Below are positions 16,877 to 24,439 of a DNA stretch of 62,602 bases, in pieces (positions within the stretch are counted from its first letter, which is position 1; each line of letters opens with the position of its first letter). The position numbers and the translations under genes are program-made. A model generated the notes under the pieces. That model was not told the origin of the DNA. It did not search any database and was given only the letters and a program-made list of their open reading frames with translations. Origin of the DNA: a virus; IMG/VR virus record IMGVR_UViG_3300046460_000197, positions 1 through 62,602 of that record; one strand, given 5' to 3'.

Positions 16877-17644
16877 ATGCCGCCCGCGAAGCGCGCCCCG
16901 GCCCGCCGCACCACCCGCAAGCCGTCCGCGCGCAGCCACCCCGCCCGCCGCGTCAAGATCCCCAAGAAGGCGGGCCCGCTCCACGCCCGCCTCGGCGCGA
17001 AACTCGCACTCGTCGCCGTCTCCCACCTCGACACCCACACCGACCTCCTCCAGTCCCGCAAGGACGCCGCCATCCTCCGCGCCACCCACAAAGGCTGCCC
17101 CACCTGCAAAGGCAACGGGCAGATCTTCACCAAGGGCAAGGACGGCTCCTTCACCGGCTCCAAGCCCTGCCCGGCCAAGCCGACCAAGCAGCGCACATCC
17201 CGCTGGGAGGTGTACAAGGCGTCCCGGTTCGGCGCCGACAAGAACACCGGCCTCGTCGGCTGGGCCTGCCCGTGCGGGAAGAAGGAAAAGCCCCGCTACC
17301 GCGACGCCCGGCTCGCCACCAAGGCGCTACGGGCCCATGAGAAGAAGAAGCATGGCGGTCAGACCGTCGGGGGCGCCTGGTACGCGCAGACCGCCGACGC
17401 CGCCCAGACGGTCCCCACCCCACAGCAGCAGCCCGCCGTGTCGAAGGTCGTCACCGACTCCGGCATGACGGACGAGCAGTGGATCAAGCAGAACAAGAGC
17501 CTCCACCCCGGCAAAGCCATCGCCCAAGGCCTGTGCTGGATGTGCGCCGGCGAGCGCAAGCTCCACGGCGCCTTCGGCGGCCAGCAGATCGTCGCCATCT
17601 GCCCCGAATGCAAGGGCAACGGCAAAGCCCCCACCGCAGCCTGA
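16877..17644 (+). CDS. Basic protein with DnaJ-type CxxCxGxG zinc-finger motifs (255 aa)
   Basis: CPTCKGNG, CPCGKK, CWMCAGERK and CPECKGNG. Lys/Arg-rich N-terminus. Confidence 0.65.
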   Translation: MPPAKRAPARRTTRKPSARSHPARRVKIPKKAGPLHARLGAKLALVAVSHLDTHTDLLQSRKDAAILRATHKGCPTCKGNGQIFTKGKDGSFTGSKPCPAKPTKQRTSRWEVYKASRFGADKNTGLVGWACPCGKKEKPRYRDARLATKALRAHEKKKHGGQTVGGAWYAQTADAAQTVPTPQQQPAVSKVVTDSGMTDEQWIKQNKSLHPGKAIAQGLCWMCAGERKLHGAFGGQQIVAICPECKGNGKAPTAA

Positions 17645-17666
17645 CACCCAAGGAGACCCACCCGCC

Positions 17667-18146
17667 ATGTACCAGCTGCCCGAGCCGCCCGCCGCCTCCG
17701 CGGCCGGGCAGACCCCCATCGACGACCAGGCACAGAAGCTCCTCGCAGCAGTCGAGGACGCCATGCGCACCCCCACCTCCTACCGCGACGACACCCCCGT
17801 GCCCCGGATCGGCACCGCCCCGCCCGTCCAGCAGCCCGGCCTCCCCGCGATGAGCCCGCGGGCCACCGATGCGGCCCGGCTGATGATGTACGGCGGGCTC
17901 GCCACCGTCCCGCCCGGGATCGTCCTCACCGCCGTCCTCCTCGCCAGCGAGCACGCCGACCCCACCATTGTCGGGATCATCTTCGGCGCGCCCATCGCGC
18001 TCGTCCTCGCCGTCGCTCGACTCGCCGCCCGCGCCAAGGGCGTCCTGCCCGCCGAGCAGCACCAGCACTTCCACGGCACCGTCCACCAGCAGACCACCCA
18101 CAGCCGCACCAGCGGCGTGTGGGCCCGAACCGACAACCGGCAGTAG
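17667..18146 (+). CDS. Membrane protein (159 aa), Spd-like
   Basis: Two TM helices: LMMYGGLATVPPGIVLTAVLLA and IVGIIFGAPIALVLAVARL. Confidence 0.6.
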   Translation: MYQLPEPPAASAAGQTPIDDQAQKLLAAVEDAMRTPTSYRDDTPVPRIGTAPPVQQPGLPAMSPRATDAARLMMYGGLATVPPGIVLTAVLLASEHADPTIVGIIFGAPIALVLAVARLAARAKGVLPAEQHQHFHGTVHQQTTHSRTSGVWARTDNRQ

Positions 18147-18189
18147 GCCGCCGGGCGTTGTCAGTGGCGAGTGATACGACAGGATCGAT

Positions 18190-18993
18190 ATGGCACACGG
18201 AAACTACTTCACACCGACGACGGTGAAGGATGCCCGTTGCGGCGTCCGCCGCAGCGTTGCCCACCTCATGACGCTCGTCGACACTGAAGAACCGGCGTTC
18301 CCCAGCATCGCCACCGCCCTCCAGGACATGGCCAACGCCGGCGTCGAACTGACCGAGGACATGGTCTCGGCCGCCGTGAAGATGGGGCGCCAGAAGCACG
18401 CGGACGAGCAGGCGAAGCGTCACAACGCCCCGGAGCGGCGGTCCATCGTCTACTACATCCGACGCGGACAGCTCATCAAAATCGGGACAACGACGAATCC
18501 AGCCTCTCGCTTCAAGTCGCTCATGCCGGACGAAATACTCGCCTTCGAGCCTGGCCACGTGGATGTGGAACGTGCGCGGCATCAGCAGTTCCATGCCAGT
18601 CGAGTGGCGCGGAAGAGCGAGTATTTCCACTGGACTGATGAGCTGGCTACGCACGTCGCTGTCTTGCGCAAGCGGCACGGTGAGCCCGATCCTGCGTGGC
18701 CCACCATGGCCACCCTTGGGACCGGATACATCCGCACCAAGGTCAAGCCCGAGCTTCCTGACCCCACCAGCGGCGAGACGGCCACAGCTACCGACGGCGC
18801 AAAGTTGCTCGGGATGAACCGGTCCACCGTGCAAGGCTGGGTGCACCGCGGGCTGATTACGGCTGCGGGCCGGGATGAGAAGGGTCGGCCCCTTTACTAC
18901 GTCGATCACATGCGCTTCATCATCGAGCGGAACCGCTCCTGGCAGAACCACAAGAAGCATCGGTCGAACGACGCCACGTCCGTACCTTCTTGA
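18190..18993 (+). CDS. T5orf172/MUG113 (GIY-YIG-like) domain protein with C-terminal HTH
   Basis: 267 aa. VYYIRRGQLIKIGTTTNPASRFKSL...ERARHQQFHASRVARKSEYFHW, plus the HTH GAKLLGMNRSTVQGWVHRGLI. Confidence 0.7.
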   Translation: MAHGNYFTPTTVKDARCGVRRSVAHLMTLVDTEEPAFPSIATALQDMANAGVELTEDMVSAAVKMGRQKHADEQAKRHNAPERRSIVYYIRRGQLIKIGTTTNPASRFKSLMPDEILAFEPGHVDVERARHQQFHASRVARKSEYFHWTDELATHVAVLRKRHGEPDPAWPTMATLGTGYIRTKVKPELPDPTSGETATATDGAKLLGMNRSTVQGWVHRGLITAAGRDEKGRPLYYVDHMRFIIERNRSWQNHKKHRSNDATSVPS

Positions 18994-19096
18994 CAATCTG
19001 ACCAGCACCGAAGCAAACTGCGATCAATCTAGTACACGTGTCTTGAGGGTCATCGCGCACGCGGTGGCCCTTTTGCGTTCCTGAGGGAGGTGCACG

Positions 19097-19324
19097 ATGC
19101 CTCCCGGCTACGTCACCGCCGCAGACGCCGCCTGGTACGCGGGCGTCCCCGTTGGCACCATCTGGCGCTGGGCCTCCGAAGGTCGCATCACGAAGACCGG
19201 CAAGGGCAAGCAGGCCCGCTACCGGGTGCACGACCTTCCCCACGGGCGCCGCGACGAATACACGCGCGAGCTGCTCGAACCCGGCAAGCCGCCCGCCCTG
19301 CCCGAAGGATGCCGCGCCGCCTGA
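19097..19324 (+). CDS. Excisionase-type HTH DNA-binding protein (75 aa)
   Basis: VTAADAAWYAGVPVGTIWRWASEGRITKTGKG; RBS GAGGGAGG. Confidence 0.65.
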   Translation: MPPGYVTAADAAWYAGVPVGTIWRWASEGRITKTGKGKQARYRVHDLPHGRRDEYTRELLEPGKPPALPEGCRAA

Positions 19325-19344
19325 CCGCCCCGCCGTCCCTGCCA

Positions 19345-19364
19345 CCCCGCCGCGAACGGCGGGG
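19345..19364 (+). terminator. Hairpin after the HTH gene
   Basis: CCCCGCCG-cgaa-CGGCGGGG followed by CTTC. Confidence 0.55.
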
Positions 19365-19397
19365 CTTCACCTTCAGCCTGTCGAGAGGATGCCCGCG

Positions 19398-19844
19398 ATG
19401 GCGAACATCACCTTCAACGTTGCCCTCGGCCGCGCGGCATCGCTTGCCGCGCTGCCCGCCGCGAGCGACGCCCTCATCCTCATTCCGCTGGAGGCCGGCG
19501 GACTGGAAGCGGACTCCGTCTTGCGCGACAAGGACACCCTGGCCGACGTCGTGTCGGGCACCACGAACGAGCAGACCACTGTCGGCCGGAAGACCCTCTC
19601 CGGCGTCACCGTCGCGGTCAACGACACGGCCGACCGCGTGGAGATCGACGCCGCAGACGTCACCTGGACTTCGCCCACCGGCAACGCGGTCGGCGCGATG
19701 GTCATCTGCTACGACCCGGACGGCACCGGCGGCACCGACGCCGACCTGATCCCGGTCACCAAAGCGGATGTCACGTGGTCGCCGGACGGGACCACCTTCA
19801 CCCTGACCGTGGCCGACTTCTTCCGGGCGAGCTCCACCTCGTAG
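19398..19844 (+). CDS. Hypothetical beta-rich protein, possibly virion-associated (148 aa)
   Basis: ATG 19398. MANITFNVALGRAASLAALPAASDALILIPLEAGG... Adjacent to a fibre-like gene. Confidence 0.6.
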   Translation: MANITFNVALGRAASLAALPAASDALILIPLEAGGLEADSVLRDKDTLADVVSGTTNEQTTVGRKTLSGVTVAVNDTADRVEIDAADVTWTSPTGNAVGAMVICYDPDGTGGTDADLIPVTKADVTWSPDGTTFTLTVADFFRASSTS

Positions 19845-19846
19845 CC

Positions 19847-20917
19847 GTGACGACCTTCAGTGACGACTTCAATCGCGCCAACTCCACCGACCTCGGGCCC
19901 AACTGGGTGGAGGTCAGCGGAGACTGGTCGATCGTCTCGAACCAGCTCTCACCTGGAGCGGCTGGCGGGACGATCATCCTGCGCGCCGCCGGAGCGATGG
20001 CCGGCAACGACCACTCGGCGCAGTTCACAATCGCCGCCACCACGGCGGCGAGCCAGGGCGTGTGGTGCCGCGGCAACAGCAACATCAGCCAGGGCTACCT
20101 GTGGCGCAACGACGGCAGCTCCTGGAATCTGTTCAGCGTCGTGGGCGGCAGCTTCACCAGCATCGGCAGCTTCGCCGGAGCCGCGGCCCCTGGCGACGTC
20201 GCGAAAGTCCAGGCCGTCGGGTCGGCGATTAAGGGCTACGTCAACGGCGTCGAGCGCGTCAGCGTCACCAACACCGCCGTAACGACCGGCACCAGCGTCG
20301 GCATCCGCTCGGAGTCGGTGGGCGCTCTCCGGTTTGATGATTTTGCCGCTGCCGATGTGACCGCCGGCGCGACCCTCGGTGTTGCGGCTGCCACGGAGAC
20401 CGCACAGCCGCTGACCGGCAGCAAGGCGACAATGCTCAGCCCTGCCGCCGAAACCGATGCAACGCAGCCCCTCGCGGGCGCTAAGACCGCAGCCCTGGGC
20501 ACCGCCACCACGTCCGAAGCGGCGCAGCAACTGGCCGGCAGCAAGATGGGCACACTCGGCACCGCAGCCGAAGTCGACGCCCCGCAGGCGCTCACCGGAT
20601 CCAAGACGGCGGCACTGCCCTCCGCAGCAGAAACCGAGACCGCACAGCCCCTCACGGGCACGAAGAGCCGAAGCCTCGGCACAGCCGAATCCGCCGAGGT
20701 AGCCCAGCATCTGACGGGCGCCAAAGGCGCCACCCTCGGCCCGGCCGAGGAAATCAGCACCGCGAGACCCCTCGCCACGGCTGGCAGCACCGCCGCGGAC
20801 ATCGACCTCACCGTCGACGCCCCCTACAGCCCGTGGGCGGTAGGCGCACCGCAAGGCCAAGTCTGGCCCCCAGGCAAGCCGCAGCGCAGCGACTGGGAGG
20901 TGACTGAACCGTGGTGA
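19847..20917 (+). CDS. Fibre/receptor-binding-like protein: lectin/LamG-like N-domain plus 20-aa tandem repeats
   Basis: GTG 19847, 356 aa. N-terminus FSDDFNRANSTDLGPNWVEVSGDWSIVSNQL...GYLWRNDGSSWNLFSVVGG, then about 6.5 copies of QPLTGSKxxxLGxAAExxxA. Confidence 0.65.
   Translation: MTTFSDDFNRANSTDLGPNWVEVSGDWSIVSNQLSPGAAGGTIILRAAGAMAGNDHSAQFTIAATTAASQGVWCRGNSNISQGYLWRNDGSSWNLFSVVGGSFTSIGSFAGAAAPGDVAKVQAVGSAIKGYVNGVERVSVTNTAVTTGTSVGIRSESVGALRFDDFAAADVTAGATLGVAAATETAQPLTGSKATMLSPAAETDATQPLAGAKTAALGTATTSEAAQQLAGSKMGTLGTAAEVDAPQALTGSKTAALPSAAETETAQPLTGTKSRSLGTAESAEVAQHLTGAKGATLGPAEEISTARPLATAGSTAADIDLTVDAPYSPWAVGAPQGQVWPPGKPQRSDWEVTEPW
20384..20800 (+). repeat. In-frame 60-bp tandem repeat array (about 6.5 copies)
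   Basis: The CAG codon of the Q-P/Q/A/H-L-T/A-G motif recurs at 20405, 20465, 20525 and so on. Copies are divergent but clearly periodic. Confidence 0.7.
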
Positions 20918-21210
20918 TTCCAGCCAGCAGTACCGAGTTCGTGCATGTCACCGTCACCGTGCCTGCCGGAGTCGATGTCACCAACACACCCCCGAAGCTT
21001 GCAATCCTGCCCGTCTCGAACCGGGACAACCCGGTGCCTGACGACTGGCACGCGGGCGACTGGGCAGAAGGCGCCGAGGCTCGGCTCCTCGTCGGACCCG
21101 ATGGTGGCGTGGTCACACTGGCCAAGGGCGACTATCGGGTCTACGTCAGCTTCGATCCGCCCGGCAGCGAGAACATCGTGCGTCTGTCGGGATACCTCGG
21201 CATCACCTAG
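20911..21210 (+). CDS. Hypothetical Ig-like/beta-sandwich-like protein (99 aa)
   Basis: GTG start overlapping the upstream gene. ...STEFVHVTVTVPAGVDVTNTPPKLAILPVSNRD...GDYRVYVSFDP. Confidence 0.6.
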   Translation: MVIPASSTEFVHVTVTVPAGVDVTNTPPKLAILPVSNRDNPVPDDWHAGDWAEGAEARLLVGPDGGVVTLAKGDYRVYVSFDPPGSENIVRLSGYLGIT

Positions 21211-21425
21211 TCCCTACGCCACGGCCGGTCCTTGCCGCCTGGCCTGAGCGTCACCTCGGGATCCGGGCCAGTCCGTCGCTGGCGCGCCGTTGACGCCAAA
21301 GTCCCCAACACCAGCGCTGCGCCGACGATAACGCCTGGCCACCACGTGATCAGACGGCATCCGATGATCAGCACTACGCCGGCCACAACCGCGCCAAGCG
21401 GCGCATCCACCTTCACGTTCACCAC
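21207..21425 (-). CDS. Possible reverse-oriented small membrane protein (about 72 aa)
   Basis: GTG 21425/21422. VVNVKVDAPLGAVVAGVVLIIGCRLITWWPGVIVGAALVLGTLAS (two TM helices), followed by a basic tail. Only the distal part of track ORF 21207..21647 was kept. Confidence 0.35.
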   Translation of the reverse strand: MVNVKVDAPLGAVVAGVVLIIGCRLITWWPGVIVGAALVLGTLASTARQRRTGPDPEVTLRPGGKDRPWRRD

Positions 21426-21532
21426 CCCCAAGGTGGGACAGAGTACGGAGCGGGAAGCGCCATGGCCACCTCTAGCGACGGCTTCACCCACGGCGGTCGC
21501 GACCGCACGACCGACAGACTGCAGGTGCGCTG

Positions 21533-21916
21533 ATGCCCAGACGCGGGGGATACCGGGTGTGCACCGTGCCCGGCTGCCCGGAGTACACGACCGAGGGTCG
21601 CTGCCCCGAGCACCGACGCGAGGCAGAGCAGCGCCGCGGCAGCGCACGGCAGCGCGGATACGGCAAGGGGCACGAGACTCGCTTCAGGCCGGCCGTCCTC
21701 GCCCGCGATCCACGCTGCGTGTGCCGCGACGTCGAGCACGGACACGGCGAGCCGTGCGGTCAGGCCAGCGTGCACGCCGACCACTGGCCACTCAGCCGGC
21801 GCGAGCTCGTTGCCCGAGGCCTCGACCCCGACGATCCCAAGCACGGGCGTGGCATCTGCCAGCCCTGCCACAGCAGCAGCACGGCACGCGAGCAGCCAGG
21901 AGGATGGAACCGATGA
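21533..21916 (+). CDS. HNH endonuclease (terminase-associated type)
   Basis: 127 aa. CTVPGCPEYTTEGRCPEH...HADHWPLSRREL...GICQPCHSS. Lies directly upstream of the terminase genes. Confidence 0.85.
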   Translation: MPRRGGYRVCTVPGCPEYTTEGRCPEHRREAEQRRGSARQRGYGKGHETRFRPAVLARDPRCVCRDVEHGHGEPCGQASVHADHWPLSRRELVARGLDPDDPKHGRGICQPCHSSSTAREQPGGWNR

Positions 21917-22134
21917 CCACAGCGAAGCCCAAGGCTGACGCAGTCGCGGCCACAGCAGAGCCGGTGGCCGTCGAGGAGGTCAAGGAAGAGGCACCCGAGT
22001 GCGGGGTGCCGCACTATCTGCCGGCCCTGGCCCACATCCGGTGCCAGCGCGACCAGCAGGACCCCGACCGTGAGCCTGGTGCCCCGGACCACCAGCATCG
22101 CCACCAGGACGGCGACGCCCTGTACCAGTGGTGA
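21913..22134 (+). CDS. Hypothetical protein (73 aa)
   Basis: ATG 21913 overlaps the HNH stop. MTTAKPKADAVAATAEPVAVEEVKEE... Confidence 0.45.
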   Translation: MTTAKPKADAVAATAEPVAVEEVKEEAPECGVPHYLPALAHIRCQRDQQDPDREPGAPDHQHRHQDGDALYQW

Positions 22135-22166
22135 CCTTGCCGCCGGCGCCGGCCGAACCCGGCTCG

Positions 22167-22302
22167 ATCATCACGCAGGGTGACGATCATGGTGGGGGGA
22201 CCCCCCATTCCAAGATCCACGCCGGACCGCCGGGGAGGTGGCCCGGAGGTTTGCCAGGTTCAGAGCCTAGGTGATCATGCTCCGCTGTCACGCAAGGTGA
22301 CG
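22167..22302. other. Candidate cos/terminase-recognition region
   Basis: TGGGGGG-A-CCCCCCA palindrome (22194-22208) flanked by two copies of TCACGCARGGTGACG (22172-22186 and 22288-22302), in the 200-bp gap between the HNH operon and terS. Confidence 0.35.
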
Positions 22303-22333
22303 GCGTTTTCGCCGCGCAACGCGGCCAGTTGGA

Positions 22334-22813
22334 GTGATCGACATGCCGAAAGGTGGAGCACGCACCAGGTCCGGGCCGGCGCCCGATCCGACCGCGCTGA
22401 GGCGCGAGCGAGATGCCGGCGAGTGGACGATTCTGCCTGCTGAGGGCCGTGAAGGCGCAACGCCTGCCTGGCCGTTCGAAAATCAGAGCGTTCGTGAGGC
22501 AGTGCTGTGGGTCAAGATGTGGGCCAAGCCGCAGGCTCTGATGTGGGAGCGCTACGGCCAGGAGCTGGAGGTGGCACTGTACGTCCGCCGTCTCGCTGAG
22601 GCAGAGAAACCGGAGTCGTCAGTCGTCCTGTCGACGCTTGTGCGGCAGATGGCGGACTCGCTGGGACTGACGACTCCAGGAATGCGTGGCAACCGGTGGC
22701 GCATCGACCGGATCAGTAAGGAAGACGAGACTTCGGTGGGGCCGAGTGGGCCTGTCGTTGAAGCGACCTCGGCACGCGCCAGGCTGAGGGCGGTGCCTGG
22801 TGGTAGCGGCTGA
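22334..22813 (+). CDS. Terminase small subunit (P27-like)
   Basis: 159 aa (alternative ATG at 22343). GGARTRSGPAPDPTALRRERD...WPFENQSVREAVLW...LGLTTPGMRGNRWRI. Position is upstream of TerL. Confidence 0.75.
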   Translation: MIDMPKGGARTRSGPAPDPTALRRERDAGEWTILPAEGREGATPAWPFENQSVREAVLWVKMWAKPQALMWERYGQELEVALYVRRLAEAEKPESSVVLSTLVRQMADSLGLTTPGMRGNRWRIDRISKEDETSVGPSGPVVEATSARARLRAVPGGSG

Positions 22814-24428
22814 CGACGGGACCTGGCCCCTCGACTTCCCTACCCTGTACGTCGTCCCGGACTGGATTGCCAGGCACTGCAAGTTGCAGTCGGTTGGCGG
22901 CCTGGACAGTACGCCGCAGCCGTTCGAGATGTACGACTGGCAGCTGCGAATCACGGCGAATCTGTACCGGGTGAAGCCGACCGCCGAGCTCGGCCAACTG
23001 TCGACCGCGTTTCACTATCGGCGCGCTCAGGCAGTGGCCCCGCAGAAGTCCGGCAAGGGCCCGTGGGCCGCCTCCGTGGTTGCCGCCGAGGCGGTCGGCC
23101 CGGTGCTGTTCAACGGCTGGGCGCAGGGCGGGGAGCGGTATCGCTGCTCGGATCACGGCTGCGGCTGCGGTTGGGTGTACTGGTACGAGCCGGGGGAGCC
23201 GATGGGCCGCCCTTGGAATCAGCCGCTGATCCAGATCACGGCGACGTCCGAGGATCAGACGGACAACACGTACCGGCCGCTCCAGGCGATGATCCGCAAC
23301 GGGCCGCTCGCCGAGGTGATGAAGGTCGGCGAGCAGTTCATCCGGCTACCGAACGACGGCCGTATCGACGTCGTCACTTCGAGTGCTCAGAGCCGTCTGG
23401 GCAACCCGATCACGTTCGCGTCTCAGGACGAGAGCGGGATCTGGACCGAGCAGAACGGCATGACCAAGGTCGCCACGACGCAACGCCGTGGCCTGGCGGG
23501 CATGTCGGGGCGCTCGCTGGAGCAGACGAACGCCTGGGACCCCACGGAGAACACGGTCGCCCAGAAGACCGCGGAGACGAAGGCCCCGGACGTCTACCGG
23601 TTCCACCGGCTGCCGCCCAAGAGTCTGTCGTACACGAACAAGGCCGAGAGGCGCCGTATCCACGCGGCCGTGTACTTGGGCAGCTCGCACATCGACCTCG
23701 ACGCCATCGAGGGCGAGGCTTTCGAGCTGATGGAGAAGGAGCCGGCGGAAGCGGAGCGCTTCTACGGCAACCGAATCACGGCGGGCATGGGCACCTGGCT
23801 GCAGCAGGACCGATGGGACGCCCGCATCGCCGTGGAGGAAGTGCCGGACGGCACGGCGCTCGCGCTGGGCTTCGACGGATCCGACGTGGACGACTGGACC
23901 GGAATTCGCGCCGAGACGCTGGACGGCTACCAGTTCACTCCGACCTACGGGCCCGACAACAGGCCCTGCGTGTGGGATCCGGAGGACTGGGAGGGTCAGG
24001 TGCCGCGGCTTGAGGTCGATGCCGCGGTGGATGAACTGATGGGCCGCTTCAACGTGGTCCGCATGTACGGCGATCCGCCGTACTGGACCAGCGAGATGGC
24101 GGCCTGGCAGGCCCGGTACGGCGAGAAGCGCGTCACGGAATGGCAGACGTACCGGGTCGCGCAGATGCATGCGGCCTGCGAGCAGCTGCTGACGGACGTC
24201 ACGAAGAAGGACACGACATTCCGGCACGACGGCTGCGAGACGACGTCCATCCATGTTCGGAACGCACGCAAGGCGGCCCGCCCGGCGAAGCGCTACGTGC
24301 TGCGGAAGGCGACGCACGTTCAGAAGATCGACCTTGCCGTCGTCTCGGTGCTTGCCCACGAGGCGGCCTGCGATGCGATTGCCGCCGGTGAAGCCCGCAC
24401 CAAGAAGCGCCGAGCGCGCGGATTCTGA
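22800..24428 (+). CDS. Terminase large subunit
   Basis: 542 aa. Walker A-like AVAPQKSGKGPWAA and a C-terminal nuclease-sized domain. Overlaps the terS stop. Confidence 0.9.
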   Translation: MVAADDGTWPLDFPTLYVVPDWIARHCKLQSVGGLDSTPQPFEMYDWQLRITANLYRVKPTAELGQLSTAFHYRRAQAVAPQKSGKGPWAASVVAAEAVGPVLFNGWAQGGERYRCSDHGCGCGWVYWYEPGEPMGRPWNQPLIQITATSEDQTDNTYRPLQAMIRNGPLAEVMKVGEQFIRLPNDGRIDVVTSSAQSRLGNPITFASQDESGIWTEQNGMTKVATTQRRGLAGMSGRSLEQTNAWDPTENTVAQKTAETKAPDVYRFHRLPPKSLSYTNKAERRRIHAAVYLGSSHIDLDAIEGEAFELMEKEPAEAERFYGNRITAGMGTWLQQDRWDARIAVEEVPDGTALALGFDGSDVDDWTGIRAETLDGYQFTPTYGPDNRPCVWDPEDWEGQVPRLEVDAAVDELMGRFNVVRMYGDPPYWTSEMAAWQARYGEKRVTEWQTYRVAQMHAACEQLLTDVTKKDTTFRHDGCETTSIHVRNARKAARPAKRYVLRKATHVQKIDLAVVSVLAHEAACDAIAAGEARTKKRRARGF

Positions 24429-24439
24429 GAGGGGGCCGG

